From positions 64,001 to 128,000 of the IMG/VR virus record IMGVR_UViG_3300013426_000001: a stretch of 64,000 nt of DNA, one strand, 5' to 3'. The stretch's first letter is position 1. The number at the start of each line of letters is the position of its first letter. The notes beneath the pieces are model-generated. The model searched no databases, had not been told where the DNA came from, and saw only the letters and a program-made list of their open reading frames with translations. The DNA comes from a virus. Its lineage: Duplodnaviria; Caudoviricetes. This document shows positions 48,310 to 58,878 of the stretch, in pieces. The translations under genes and the position numbers were made by a program.

Positions 48310-48654
48310 CACTTGACAAATATTATTCGAGAAAACGACGTAATTTGTATTGAAGATTTGCAAGTGAAAAATATGGTCAAAAACCATAAACTCGCGCAAG
48401 CAATTAGCGACGTTTCTTGGTCGGAGTTTGTTCGGGAATTAGAATATAAGGCGCGTTGGTATGGAAGATTAGTTATTAAAGTCGATAAGTTTTTCCCGAG
48501 TTCTCAAACTTGCAGTGTCTGCGGCTACAAGAATGAAGGGACAAAAGACTTAAAAGTTAGAGAATGGGATTGCCCTGTTTGTCATACTCATCATGATAGG
48601 GATGTGAATGCGGCGATAAACATTCTCAATGAAGGGCTTAAACAATTAGCCTAA
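48310..48654 (+). pseudogene. tnpB: 5'-truncated tnpB (RuvC-II, zinc finger and RuvC-III only)
   Basis: [29 protein letters not shown]; no N-terminal half. Confidence 0.85.
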
Positions 48655-48662
48655 ACATAAAC

Positions 48663-48774
48663 AACCGTCGGAACGACGGGGATAGCTTGGTAAATATTCT
48701 CGCAGTAGTCGGAAGTTCCCAAGAATCTCGCAGATTTAGTTGTGAGAGGTTCAAACGAGTATATACTCTTAGTA
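48663..48774 (+). ncRNA. TnpB omega-RNA scaffold / right end plus putative guide
   Basis: AACCGTCGGAACGACGGGGATAGCTTG...GAGAGGTTCA. Confidence 0.7.
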
Positions 48775-49184
48775 ATCATAGTTCCGTACTTTTATTATAC
48801 TCTTCTAGTATATATACTCTTATATCGGATATATTCTTTCAGAATATATCCTCTTAAACTATTCACTTCGTTCATAGTTTAGGTTTAATATTATTCTTTT
48901 ATTTATTACTTATACTTAGCTTAATACAAGTGAAGAGTATATATTACCAGTAAACTTAATATGAGTATATTTTAAATAATATATAATAATATATATAAGA
49001 GAAATATATAAAGAGAATATAAATAATACATGAGTAATTGGTAACACTCTTTATATACTCCGTACTAGTGATTAGAGAAAAGGGTAGACCAAACCATACG
49101 CGAAGTTCCGCACAAAAAAAAAGCGCCCGCCGCCAAAACAAAAAAATCCCTAAAATATTTTTTTTGAAAACCGCTGTCAAATAC

Positions 49185-49213
49185 TTGACAATCTTCCCGC
49201 GTTGTGGTATAAT
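49185..49213 (+). promoter_or_regulatory. sigma-A promoter
   Basis: TTGACA-17-TATAAT. Confidence 0.85.
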
Positions 49214-49366
49214 ACTTTTGCAAGCTGAAAGAGCGGTGTTGGATATCGGTTGTGCAAAGTTGTTGCCGCTCCCGCTTGCACCAGGTCTCAATATCCGCCG
49301 CCTTAAAACACAGCATTCCTTCGGCGGCGGGAGACCACCACTAAACAGATACTCTCGGAGGGAATT

Positions 49367-49714
49367 ATGAAACTTGAATCTTGCCGCAATCACACGGCTG
49401 ACGAAATCGAAACTACAATCACCATGCTCGGCAACGGCGCTGACGGCTTCCGCGTTTACACGACCAGCAATTCAATGCTTACGAAAATCGGGAAGTTCCT
49501 CGACACTCCTAATACTCCTTGGTCGATAGAAAAAATCGAACGCTACTCCGACGGAGTTCCCTCGGGTTACTTCTTCAGATGCTCGGTCAAGAACTGCTTA
49601 CAGCTTAAGGCTAAAAAGGCGGCGGGCAGAGAGTTCACGGAAGAGGAAAAAGAAACAGCTCGCGAAAATATGAAAAAAGTCGCAGCTGAAAGATGGGGTA
49701 AAAATCAAATCTAA
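49367..49714 (+). CDS. hypothetical protein, last + strand gene
   Basis: GGAGG SD. Confidence 0.7.
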   Translation: MKLESCRNHTADEIETTITMLGNGADGFRVYTTSNSMLTKIGKFLDTPNTPWSIEKIERYSDGVPSGYFFRCSVKNCLQLKAKKAAGREFTEEEKETARENMKKVAAERWGKNQI

Positions 49715-49865
49715 GGTTTTTTTATAATAAGAATGTTATTATTCGGAAGACAATTCAAGGTCGGGTCGAACACTCGCCCGCCTCGAAGTCTTTTTGGGAA
49801 ATTATAGGCAAATTCAATAGGCTCACACAGAAAGGCTTTTTGCTTTTCATATTTATACTCCTTCA

Positions 49866-49903
49866 GGCGGCGGTCCGTATAATTCGGGCTGCCGTTCTTT
49901 TTT
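49866..49903 (+). terminator. intrinsic terminator
   Basis: GGCGGCGGTCCG...CGGGCTGCCGTT plus T tract. Confidence 0.7.
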
Positions 49904-52900
49904 TATAGACGCAGGGCAGTCGTCTGGAAAATAAGGGGGCGTTCATGGTGATCTGAAAATGGGGCGCTTACATGCAATTTGGGCGTCAGCCAAAAAAGGC
50001 GGCGGCGCTTTGTAAGAAAAAATGCCCGCCCGCTTAAAGAAATATGCCCCGTGGGTTAAAAAATACCGCATAGTAAGGGCTGCTGGTCTTTATTTATACT
50101 GGCAGAGAGCAGTCCAGTTTTCGATTATTCAACGGTTACTTCGAGAAACCCAAGTGCAGCTGCTGGAGCATCCGCGTTTTTAGAGCGGTGCGGATGAATG
50201 GCCGCTTAGTTGTTACGGGTTTGTGTTAGTGGGTTCGGATGTTAACGCTAAAGATTATAAACTGTACTATAAGAAGTATTAAAAGCGCCATCTAATCACC
50301 TCCTTTTCACTTACTTTCAGCCATTAATTATCCTTAATGGCGTAGATGATATTGTAAATGAATACAAATGCCATAAAAAACGCTAATACCATAAACCTAC
50401 CTCCTTTTACTAATTTCGATTGTCGTAAAGCCTATAACCAACATAAATACTATCAGTGCATAAACCATCGCATCACCTCCTTTCTGTAAAGACCACAATG
50501 TTTCCATCTCTTTGCGTAATGAATGTAACTTCGTCGAATTTATGTTCGTTGAAGTAATCAACTTTGCCTTTTGTTGTAAGGTTGAGTTCATCGCCATTGC
50601 CGTTATTCGGCACGATTTTTACCTCGCACCAATCGTCCAATATTTTGTTGAGTTCGCCGAGTGTCATATTAAGCCTCCTTATAAAACGCGATTCTTTTGC
50701 CCAAGTAATTCGTTCCGCAGTTATAAAACGCATACTCGTTGCAGAATTTCTCAAAATCGTAATCGAGCGGGATTTCCGCCATTCCAACCCACATATTGTA
50801 AGGGTGGACATTGCAAGGAAGGCAGTAAACCGCCTTCCTTGCTGTGTGCATTTTTCTTGCCTGAGTTTTTGTTATTTTTTCGTAGTTCATATTTTTACCT
50901 CCTTTGAACTATTAGTCTAATTTGGTTAATCTGTCGAAAATGCAATTCCCGCTCTTCGTGAAATGATAAGTAAGGACTTTCCAATCGTCTTCCCAAGTCC
51001 ACGAAACCTTGTACCCGAGAACTGCGTTTGTTGCCGTTTTGCCGATGAGGATTTCACCGTTTTCTGTCTGTGCCGTGAGTTGATACGAGGGATTACCGTA
51101 ATAGCTGTTGTTTCGTTTTTCTACTTTGAGAATTTTGAAATTTGATTTAAATTCTTTCATAATTTTACTCCTTAAAATTTATTTTGTCTTAATTCGGGAA
51201 AATATTGTTCCATTATCTTGAGGGTGATTTTTCTTTCTGGAAATGTTTCTATGTCAAACCCTATGCACATAGAGCCATCTTTGGTTGATGTTTCTGTAAC
51301 CCCATAGGAGTGAATATAATTCTTATACCCTTTCGGTCTTTCGCCGTAAAAATAAGCGAAGGTGTTCCAATATTTCACTTCAAATTCTTTATCACGAACT
51401 ATAATTTTTGCACATTCTGTGCGTCCATCATTCGTGTAAAATTTTTCAATTTCCATGATGTTTTGCATTTCTTCATCAAAACCTCTTAAAAACTGCTTTG
51501 CTCTAAAATCGTTTTTATCTATCATAATTTTTGCTCCTTTTTTAAACATTAAGTGTTTTTCTGACTTCGATTATAAGTAAGCCAGTGGTTTCGTCATATG
51601 CCACGAAATTGCGCTCTGTGTACCAAGCACCAGGTTCGACCTGATAATGTGGATCCTCGAAACCGAGAAATTCCATAATTACGTCGGTCGGCATTGCCCG
51701 TTTTTTGATTTCGCTCATTTCCTCTTCGGATAAACGATAGACTTCGAGATGAGCGAGCGATTCGCATTCGTGTTCGTAGGGTGTGTAAGTTCCAGATTTA
51801 GTTAAAAATTGCATATTTTACCTCCAAATTAATAATTAGTTGCGATTGCGTAATCGCAGTGATAATCATCATCGTCTTCGATTTTCCAAACATAAACGTC
51901 GGGTTCGTTTTTTGTGATGTCGTCGAAAAATTCTCTGATATAAGCCGAGGCGTTCATTCTCGCCTCTTCGGTGTCGTTACCTACGACGATTCCGCTGATG
52001 TTGTTCGCGTCGTCGTAAAATTTCCAAAGTCCGTTGATGTTAGTTTTATTTTTCATAATTACTCCTTTCCTGCGAATATACCGTCGCAGGTCGGTTTATT
52101 TTTTTGTTTGTTTTGTTGATTAGAATGGTTTAAAATTCTTTTTACCTTCTTCGTATTCACGAGTGAAGCGTTTGTCCCAGTTGATGTATTCATAGAGATG
52201 ATCGATTATGTCTTCTCTGCCAATTCCTTCGCCTTCGTCAAGTCCACTTACGTAATCGCAAAGCATTTCTGCGAAGTTGGTTACTGCCGCGTTTTCGATT
52301 TCTGTAATTTCTTTTTGTTTCATAAAAAATCCTTTTTCGGCTCTTTCCGTATGAGAGTGTCCCGACGTATTTTTGTTTAGATTAATATTCCGAAACGAGA
52401 ATGTAGATATCACCGATTCTGTTTACCCATTCGTTATCGAGCGGGTTGTAATCTTCACTTACGTCATCCCAATTGAGATGATTTACGAGATAATCCAACA
52501 TTTGGTATTTGTTCCCGATGAATTCCGTTTCGCAAACGAGCCATTCCATAAGGCATTCAACCGTATCGAATCTTGAGAGAATTTCGAGATAATCTTCGTA
52601 TTGCTCCTCGAACGTCGGGTCGGTATCATCATGTCTTTCGAGTGGAAGATAATCGAGATAGTTTTCGTCGGAATCGTAGAGCTTTACTCTGTCTTTCTCT
52701 TCGCGGTTTTCGAGTTCTTCAATGTAAAAGTTGCCTAAATAACTGTTATTAATTTTACGCATATTTTATACCTCCTTTATGCGTTAGAATCCAAGTTCTT
52801 GTACTTCGTTAATCCAATTATCGAGTTTATCTTCGTTAAATTCAATAATATTTTGATCTTCGAGAAATTTCAAGATTTTCCTCAATTGTTCATAGCCGTT

Positions 52901-53967
52901 CCAACCGCTTTTGCTGATTTTGCCATTTTTATTCAACGGTTTTTTGCTCCCGAGCGCTTGTAATAATTCTTCGAGATTTGTGATTTGCATTTTATACCTC
53001 CAATTCGGCAAGTTCGATTTGCCAATATTCGTTAATTGTGTCAATAACCTTATCTGCCTTGAACTCGTCAAACAACCGATAAACGTTTACCGTATTCCAA
53101 TCGTCGGGTTCGGCCTCTTCGTCGTAATCGTCCATATACGCCCATTCAAGAGCTTGATATGCCCAAGCGCGTACCGAACCGTAACGCCCAAACGCGAAAT
53201 CGCTTGATTGATAGTCGGCCGTGTTTACGTAGATTTTGTCAGTCGGTAATTTTTCGATTGCTTCGACTGATTTCGGGAAGATGTCTTTGAATCTTTCGAC
53301 GTCTTCTGCGTGCTGCAAATCCATGTTGGCGTATTCGTCGAGCGACGAAATTTGCTGTTGTTCTTTGAGTTGTGCTAATGTGATTTTGTTCATATTTTTA
53401 TCTCCTTTAATTAAAATTTTCTTCTGGAATGTTTGGGCAGTAATCTTCATGGAACGTTATGTGAAAACAAGATTCATCATCTTGCTTCATTTTTCCATCG
53501 TCATCATAATACTCCAGATCTTCCATGTATGTTTGTCCACGATTCACGCATTCTAAACTTCTTAGAAATTCAAGAATCGCGTGCTTGTTTTTTATAAGAA
53601 AATCGTATTCTGCGCCCTTGAACTCATTGAAATAAATAGTGTATTTCCCATCGCGAGTTTCGAGCCTGCCTTTAATTTCGATTTTGCTTACAAATTGTTG
53701 TAATTGAGCTTTGATAAAAATCATAATAGCCTCCTTAAATTTTCTCTTCTTTCCAGCCGAACCATTTGTATGCTTCGACCATTTTGCTGATTGCTGTTTT
53801 GTCTACTTTTATCGGTTCTCCGTAAAAGCTCACGAAGTCGCGATAGAACTTGCGATTTGCAACATCGACGCGAAGCCGCGCCGTGTTGCCGTTTTTGTCT
53901 GTTTTGCCGATGAATTCCATAATTTCTGGTGTCATATATTACCTCCGATTTTTTAGAAAAGAGAAGC

Positions 53968-54396
53968 TCAAACGAGCTCCTCTAATTCGTCAAACTGCAA
54001 CGCAACATTTCTCATCGTGGTTTCAAACCCGAACCAAGCGAGAATGTTTTGGTTATAATAATCGAGCGCCAACGGATCTTCGGGATTCCAACTTATTTGG
54101 CCGCAGAAGAATTCCGTCAAATCGTGAATCCCGCATTCTTCCATCTGTTCGTAAAGCAGACGATTAATTGCGTCTTTGTTCTTTGCGTAATAAGCAGTCG
54201 TGTCGGAATAATAGATAAGTTCTCCGACAATTCCACTGATACATCCGTGCTCGATTACCTCAAGCGGTATCTGTTTCGGGTCGTCATATTCATCGAATTT
54301 ATCGAGAATATAATTCGTTACGCTTTCGACCAAACCGTCGTTCGCTTCGATTGCCTGTTTGTTGAGTTTTTCAATGTTTTGTTTTGTGAATTTCAT
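53968..54396 (-). CDS. acidic phage protein, possible DNA mimic or anti-restriction protein
   Basis: HGCISG..ELIYYSDT..NILAWFGFE; strongly acidic. Confidence 0.5.
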   Translation of the reverse strand: MKFTKQNIEKLNKQAIEANDGLVESVTNYILDKFDEYDDPKQIPLEVIEHGCISGIVGELIYYSDTTAYYAKNKDAINRLLYEQMEECGIHDLTEFFCGQISWNPEDPLALDYYNQNILAWFGFETTMRNVALQFDELEELV

Positions 54397-55174
54397 TTGG
54401 AAATTCCTCCTGAAAATTTATTTTGCAATTTGCGGATTGCTGTACGAGACCGCAGGCTTGCTTGCCCACCAGGCGCTTTACCACTTCGGCAGGGACGCCT
54501 AAGCCCATTCAACGCTTTCGCGAGGAGTGCCTAATTCAGATTTGTCTAATCGTGATTTGACGATTATCTAACGATTTTTCCCGTTTCTGTGTCCCATTCG
54601 AGACCGATGAGACTTGCGAGGCGTTCGGGTTCAAACCACATCATATCGTTGATTTCGGTTTCGTCATACCCATTGCCTCCACAGTCAAGCGCTTCGAGTT
54701 CGTCGCCAATGCGATCGAGCTCTTCGAGGGTGAATTCTTCTGCGTTCGAGACTGCTCCCGACCAGAATTCAAAATTACTTAAACTGTCGTCTCTATAAAT
54801 TTTCATAGAGCACCTCCTATTAATATCTTTTGAAGCAGATTTTCATTTCTGCCCTTTGTTGCGGGTAGATTTGCTTTTCGTCGAACGGGAAAACCTTTTC
54901 CGCGCATTCGATCGGCGTGAATTCATCGGTTATCCAAGTCAGGCATTTCGTGCCTTCGACCGTGATAAGAATCGCCGTTTCGCCTTCGAAGTCCGACCAA
55001 TTCCAGTCGATGATTTTGAGCATTTTTACGGCGGAATCTTTGTCGAATTTCCACGTGAGATCTTCGAGAATTCTTTCGCGTTTTTCGTCGAAATCCGACC
55101 AGTTTTCAGGGACGTTGAGTACAAATTCGTATTGGTTGTTATTTAATGTCATGGCTATTTTACCTCCTTTGCCA

Positions 55175-55399
55175 TTATTTCACTTCGTAGTATTTCGGCA
55201 TTCCACCGAGCTCGTAGTTGTTGATTGTTTCTTCGGTTTCGTCGTTGAATTGGGTATCGACCATATCGTTGTAATCGAGTTCGAATTCGCCGTTGTAATA
55301 AGCGTCTTCTGCTTTCTGTAATGCCTCGCTCGAGTCTTCTGCTTGTACTTCAACGATTTTGTTAAGTGTTTCTGTTACTGAAATGTAAAAAGTTTTCAT
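55175..55399 (-). CDS. DpnD/PcfM-like protein
   Basis: VTETLNKIVEVQAE..EAL...Y..GEFELD. Confidence 0.7.
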   Translation of the reverse strand: MKTFYISVTETLNKIVEVQAEDSSEALQKAEDAYYNGEFELDYNDMVDTQFNDETEETINNYELGGMPKYYEVK

Positions 55400-56521
55400 A
55401 ATATTTTCCTTTCCCTTTCGGGACGGTCGGGTGTGGTTTTTGAGTCGACTTTGCGACCCCGACCGTTTTGTTATTTTTCGATTTTTGTCAAACAATCTTC
55501 GTCGTATTCTTCGCAACGCCAGTAAACGAATTGATTACCTTTGACAGTTGTGAATACTTCATATCGAACGGCTGTTTCATCGCCGCCCTCTACGCACTCA
55601 TCGACGTAATCTTCATATGTCCGAAGAGTTCCTTGGAATAAGAATTCGTCTCCGTCATAAATCCGAACTGTGTCGGGCTTACTTTTGAGATGTCGGACTT
55701 CGTATCCGACCTTTGCTTTGATGGTATTACGCATTTTGCACCTCCTTTATTAACCCATCTTTATCGATTTCGAGTCCCTCCAAGACTTCGTAATCGGTGA
55801 TAAGTGCGCCCGCTAACCAATCGAAATCTTCGTTTTTGACGATTGTATACGTGTCATCGTATATATCACCGCCTTTGCAATACGGGAAATTAATAAAATC
55901 GAAATCCGTCCTCATATCGTCGGACGTCCAAACTTTGACGCCTGCGACAACCGCGTAATTGCGATTGTCTTTTGCCTGAATTAAGTCTTCACAAGGTTCG
56001 TCATCAAACCCGTTAGACCAACCTACGCAAATTGCGAGGCTGTCGTCGAGTTTGAGTGTGCAGCAACCTTGTTGGTTATCGATCAACCAATCGGTGCTTT
56101 CTTTGAGCCATTTTGCAACATTGTCCATTGTGAATTCTATTTTACGCATTTTTAATACCTCCTTATGCGTTAGTCTAACCAATTGCTTGCTTTATCGATG
56201 AAATCCCATTTATCCATTTCGAGAATTTCTTCGACGGTTTTGCCTTCTTCGTTTATCAAGTCGTTGATGCAATACGCGATTGCGGCGGTCGTCATCGTTT
56301 CGGCTTTGAGATAAATTCTAACGCCAAACGCGCATAAACTTTCGAATTCCTCTTCGGTGTAATCGAAGTCTAAAACCGCGTCTAATTCGTTCGCGACTTC
56401 CAAGTCGCAGATAGAAATGCCTAATTCGTTTACTTTGTTTAATTGTTCTCTGTACGTCATTTTACGTACCTCCTAAAAATATTTTTGCCCGTTTATGTGG
56501 TCGGTAGCACAACCAAGTTTT

Positions 56522-57235
56522 TTAGTCGATTTGTTCGATTTCTGCGCTTTCGAAGTCGAAGTATTCTTCCACGTCTTCCAACGTCGGATTATAAAACCCG
56601 CTCATCGAATCGACCATTTCGCCTTCTTCGTCTATTTCGCGGCTTAGTTCATTCCCGTCCATCGATTGTCTAATTACGACGGTCGGTTCGTAAAGCGTCC
56701 ACTGATAAACATTCCCTTCGAGGAAATCGTTGTAAGTTGCAATTTCGCCTTTGAGTGTTTTCGTCGCGGCTTCTTTCCAGTCTATTTCGTCTTTCAAGCA
56801 CGTCTGTGCGAGATAGAAATCCTTTTCGACGAAGATGAGCCCTATGAAGCTGCTATCCCAAGCATCTCTTCTTCCTGTCGATATCGAGATGCCGCTGTGG
56901 TCGTAAAGCCATAACGGCAATCCGCAAATGTCGGGTTGATCAAGAATAAACCGAATTTCCTCGCCGAACGTCATTTCGTCGATTTCTTCGTCGCTTTTCC
57001 CGTATTTGCGGCAGATTTCCGCGAGCTGCTCTTCGGTTTCTCTGTTGCTGTTGCAATCGCCGAGTTGATAATCGCGATGGCAGCAAAGCATCGTTCCGAG
57101 GTTATCCCACGAACGCGGGTCGTCCGAGAACTGGTCTTGCTCGATTACGAGACGGAGTTTTCTTCCGTCGGTGGTGGTGATGGCGAATTTGTCGCCTGCG
57201 TAAAGTTTAGTGGTTTTGTTAATCATTTTAGTCAT
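56522..57235 (-). CDS. acidic mobile-element protein (LYDHSG family)
   Basis: PRSWDNLGTM..HRDY.LGD, LYDHSGISI, WDSS. Confidence 0.6.
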   Translation of the reverse strand: MTKMINKTTKLYAGDKFAITTTDGRKLRLVIEQDQFSDDPRSWDNLGTMLCCHRDYQLGDCNSNRETEEQLAEICRKYGKSDEEIDEMTFGEEIRFILDQPDICGLPLWLYDHSGISISTGRRDAWDSSFIGLIFVEKDFYLAQTCLKDEIDWKEAATKTLKGEIATYNDFLEGNVYQWTLYEPTVVIRQSMDGNELSREIDEEGEMVDSMSGFYNPTLEDVEEYFDFESAEIEQID

Positions 57236-57754
57236 TTTTTTATCCTCCTATGACTTATTTAATCTTTTTAAGAATTTCTAAAACCGTTACTAACTGATTT
57301 GAGTTAGCGACGTTCGTATTGCGGTCGTGGTCGTATAAGTTATACTCGTTAAGTATTCTTTCGACCTCGTTCGTGATTTCTTCGCAATCGTCGTTCCATT
57401 GCGTCATCGAACAACCCGTCGGGTAGTAACAAATTTCGTCGTCGTCTGTTGCAACATAGATTTGATTGCGCTCGATTGCTTTTACCCAATCTTTGCCTTC
57501 GTCATCTGCTAATAACCCAATCCAATCGTTCGGCGCGATTAAAATTGGATCGTAATTGTCGTTGTAACATGGTTCGTCGTAATGAATGCAGATTTGTTTG
57601 TCTGTCTTGTTCTCGATTACGGCGATAAAGTCGTAATCTTGCCCTGTTGTGCTGACTTTTATAAAGTCGTTTTCAAAAATTTTAGTCATTTTTTTATCCT
57701 CCTATGACTTTTATTTATTCCCCGTTTACGGTCGGTAGGTCAACCGATTTTTAT

Positions 57755-58849
57755 TTACTTATTAGATTTTGTTCCGTTGCATCTTCTGCAAAGAATGACG
57801 CAATTTTCAATTGTTGTTTTACCGCCTTTTGACCAAGGGTCACAATGATCTGCTTGTGCTTCCTCCCAAGCAACTTCCTTTCCACACATCGCACATTTAT
57901 GATTTTGTTGTTCATAAACCGTACGTTTTATATTTTCTGGAAATGCTCGAAGCGATAAATGTCTTTCATCACCATCAAATAGATATTCATAAATGCCTGA
58001 CTTTTTGGTGACTTCATCATCTTTCATCAATCGAGAAATAATTGTTTCGAGTTCTTCTGCGTTATATTGATTTTTGCCATATTTGTTATATAACAAACCC
58101 CATTGCTGCGTAAGCATTTCTTTTCTTAAATGCTTGCCGAAAAGTGACTTCGTCCAACTCATTACTTGATTAAAATAACCAACGAGTTCGTCTGCTGCGG
58201 GGAAGAATTGGTGTTGAGCCATATATTCTTCGATTCCGTTTTTACGACCGTTGGTTATCCAATATAATGCTTGTTCAAGCAACTCTTGCCGATTTACCTT
58301 TGCGTTTGTAAATCCTTTTGAATTATTCGCTTCTGCACAATTGGTTTTGCTGAACCAGGCTTTTGCGCTCGCCAACCAAGGACCAACGTAAGCCGCGTTT
58401 CGAAGCTCTTGTTCTGATAATGGTTCGCCTGCGATGTTAATTACGCGGAACCAGTTCAATTTTTCTTCTTCGGTTCCATCGCAAACATAAATAAGCAATT
58501 CATAATTTAAAAATTGTTCTTTAAATTCTTCACTTTGCCCTTCATAAGTTTTGCCGTTATAAAAGAATTTCCCTTTAACGAATTCGCAAATCGACATCGT
58601 TCTTTGCTGCCCATCAAGAATTTCAAAACCTTCAACTTTGTTTTTACTCCAATAAAAACTCGAAAGCGGGAAACCATTCATTATTGAATTGATAACCGCA
58701 ATTGATTGTTTTTCGGTATAAACATAAAGGCGTTGATATGCGGGGCGGACGTTTAATTTACCTCCATAAGCAATGACGCCAAGCTCATCTCTGTTTTCGT
58801 ATCCGTTTATAATTTCACGGATTGTTACTTTTTTGTTAGTTATTTTCAT
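57755..58849 (-). CDS. DUF262 (ParB-like/GmrS) + HNH endonuclease
   Basis: RPAYQR, ILDGQQR, FRVINIAG, C-terminal CAMC..ADH..PWSKGG..CRRCN. Confidence 0.85.
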   Translation of the reverse strand: MKITNKKVTIREIINGYENRDELGVIAYGGKLNVRPAYQRLYVYTEKQSIAVINSIMNGFPLSSFYWSKNKVEGFEILDGQQRTMSICEFVKGKFFYNGKTYEGQSEEFKEQFLNYELLIYVCDGTEEEKLNWFRVINIAGEPLSEQELRNAAYVGPWLASAKAWFSKTNCAEANNSKGFTNAKVNRQELLEQALYWITNGRKNGIEEYMAQHQFFPAADELVGYFNQVMSWTKSLFGKHLRKEMLTQQWGLLYNKYGKNQYNAEELETIISRLMKDDEVTKKSGIYEYLFDGDERHLSLRAFPENIKRTVYEQQNHKCAMCGKEVAWEEAQADHCDPWSKGGKTTIENCVILCRRCNGTKSNK

Positions 58850-58878
58850 ATTTACCTCCGATTAAAAAGAACGGTTTG

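Larger units (their letters stand above)
43490..50005. repeat. cluster of 20 CCGCCGCC/GGCGGCGG octamers
   Basis: copies enumerated in findings; only about 3 seen elsewhere in the window. Confidence 0.8.
50397..57689 (-). other. early-type cluster of about 20 small, mostly acidic hypothetical genes (e.g. 50473-50667, 50669-50890, 50912-51160, 51172-51525, 51542-51814, 51829-52056, 52120-52323, 52382-52762, 52784-52990, 52992-53393, 53407-53724, 53735-53935, 54564-54806, 54820-55152, 55471-55734, 55727-56149, 56170-56460, 57255-57689)
   Basis: contiguous - strand ORFs, most preceded by a strong SD (CCTCC on + strand). Confidence 0.8.

Noticed and set aside
2266-48399. Many - strand ORFs under + strand genes (and + strand ORFs in 50.5-62.8 kb)
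   Set aside because: Antisense shadows of well-supported genes with proper SD sites.
48956-49393. ORFs 48956-49393(-), 49038-49370(+) and 49065-49316(-)
   Set aside because: They span a promoter and a low-complexity AT tract, with no SD and atypical composition.
57721-57746. Purine riboswitch (CTACC...CCGTAAA)
   Set aside because: Only a fragmentary resemblance; the P1/P2 three-way junction is missing.
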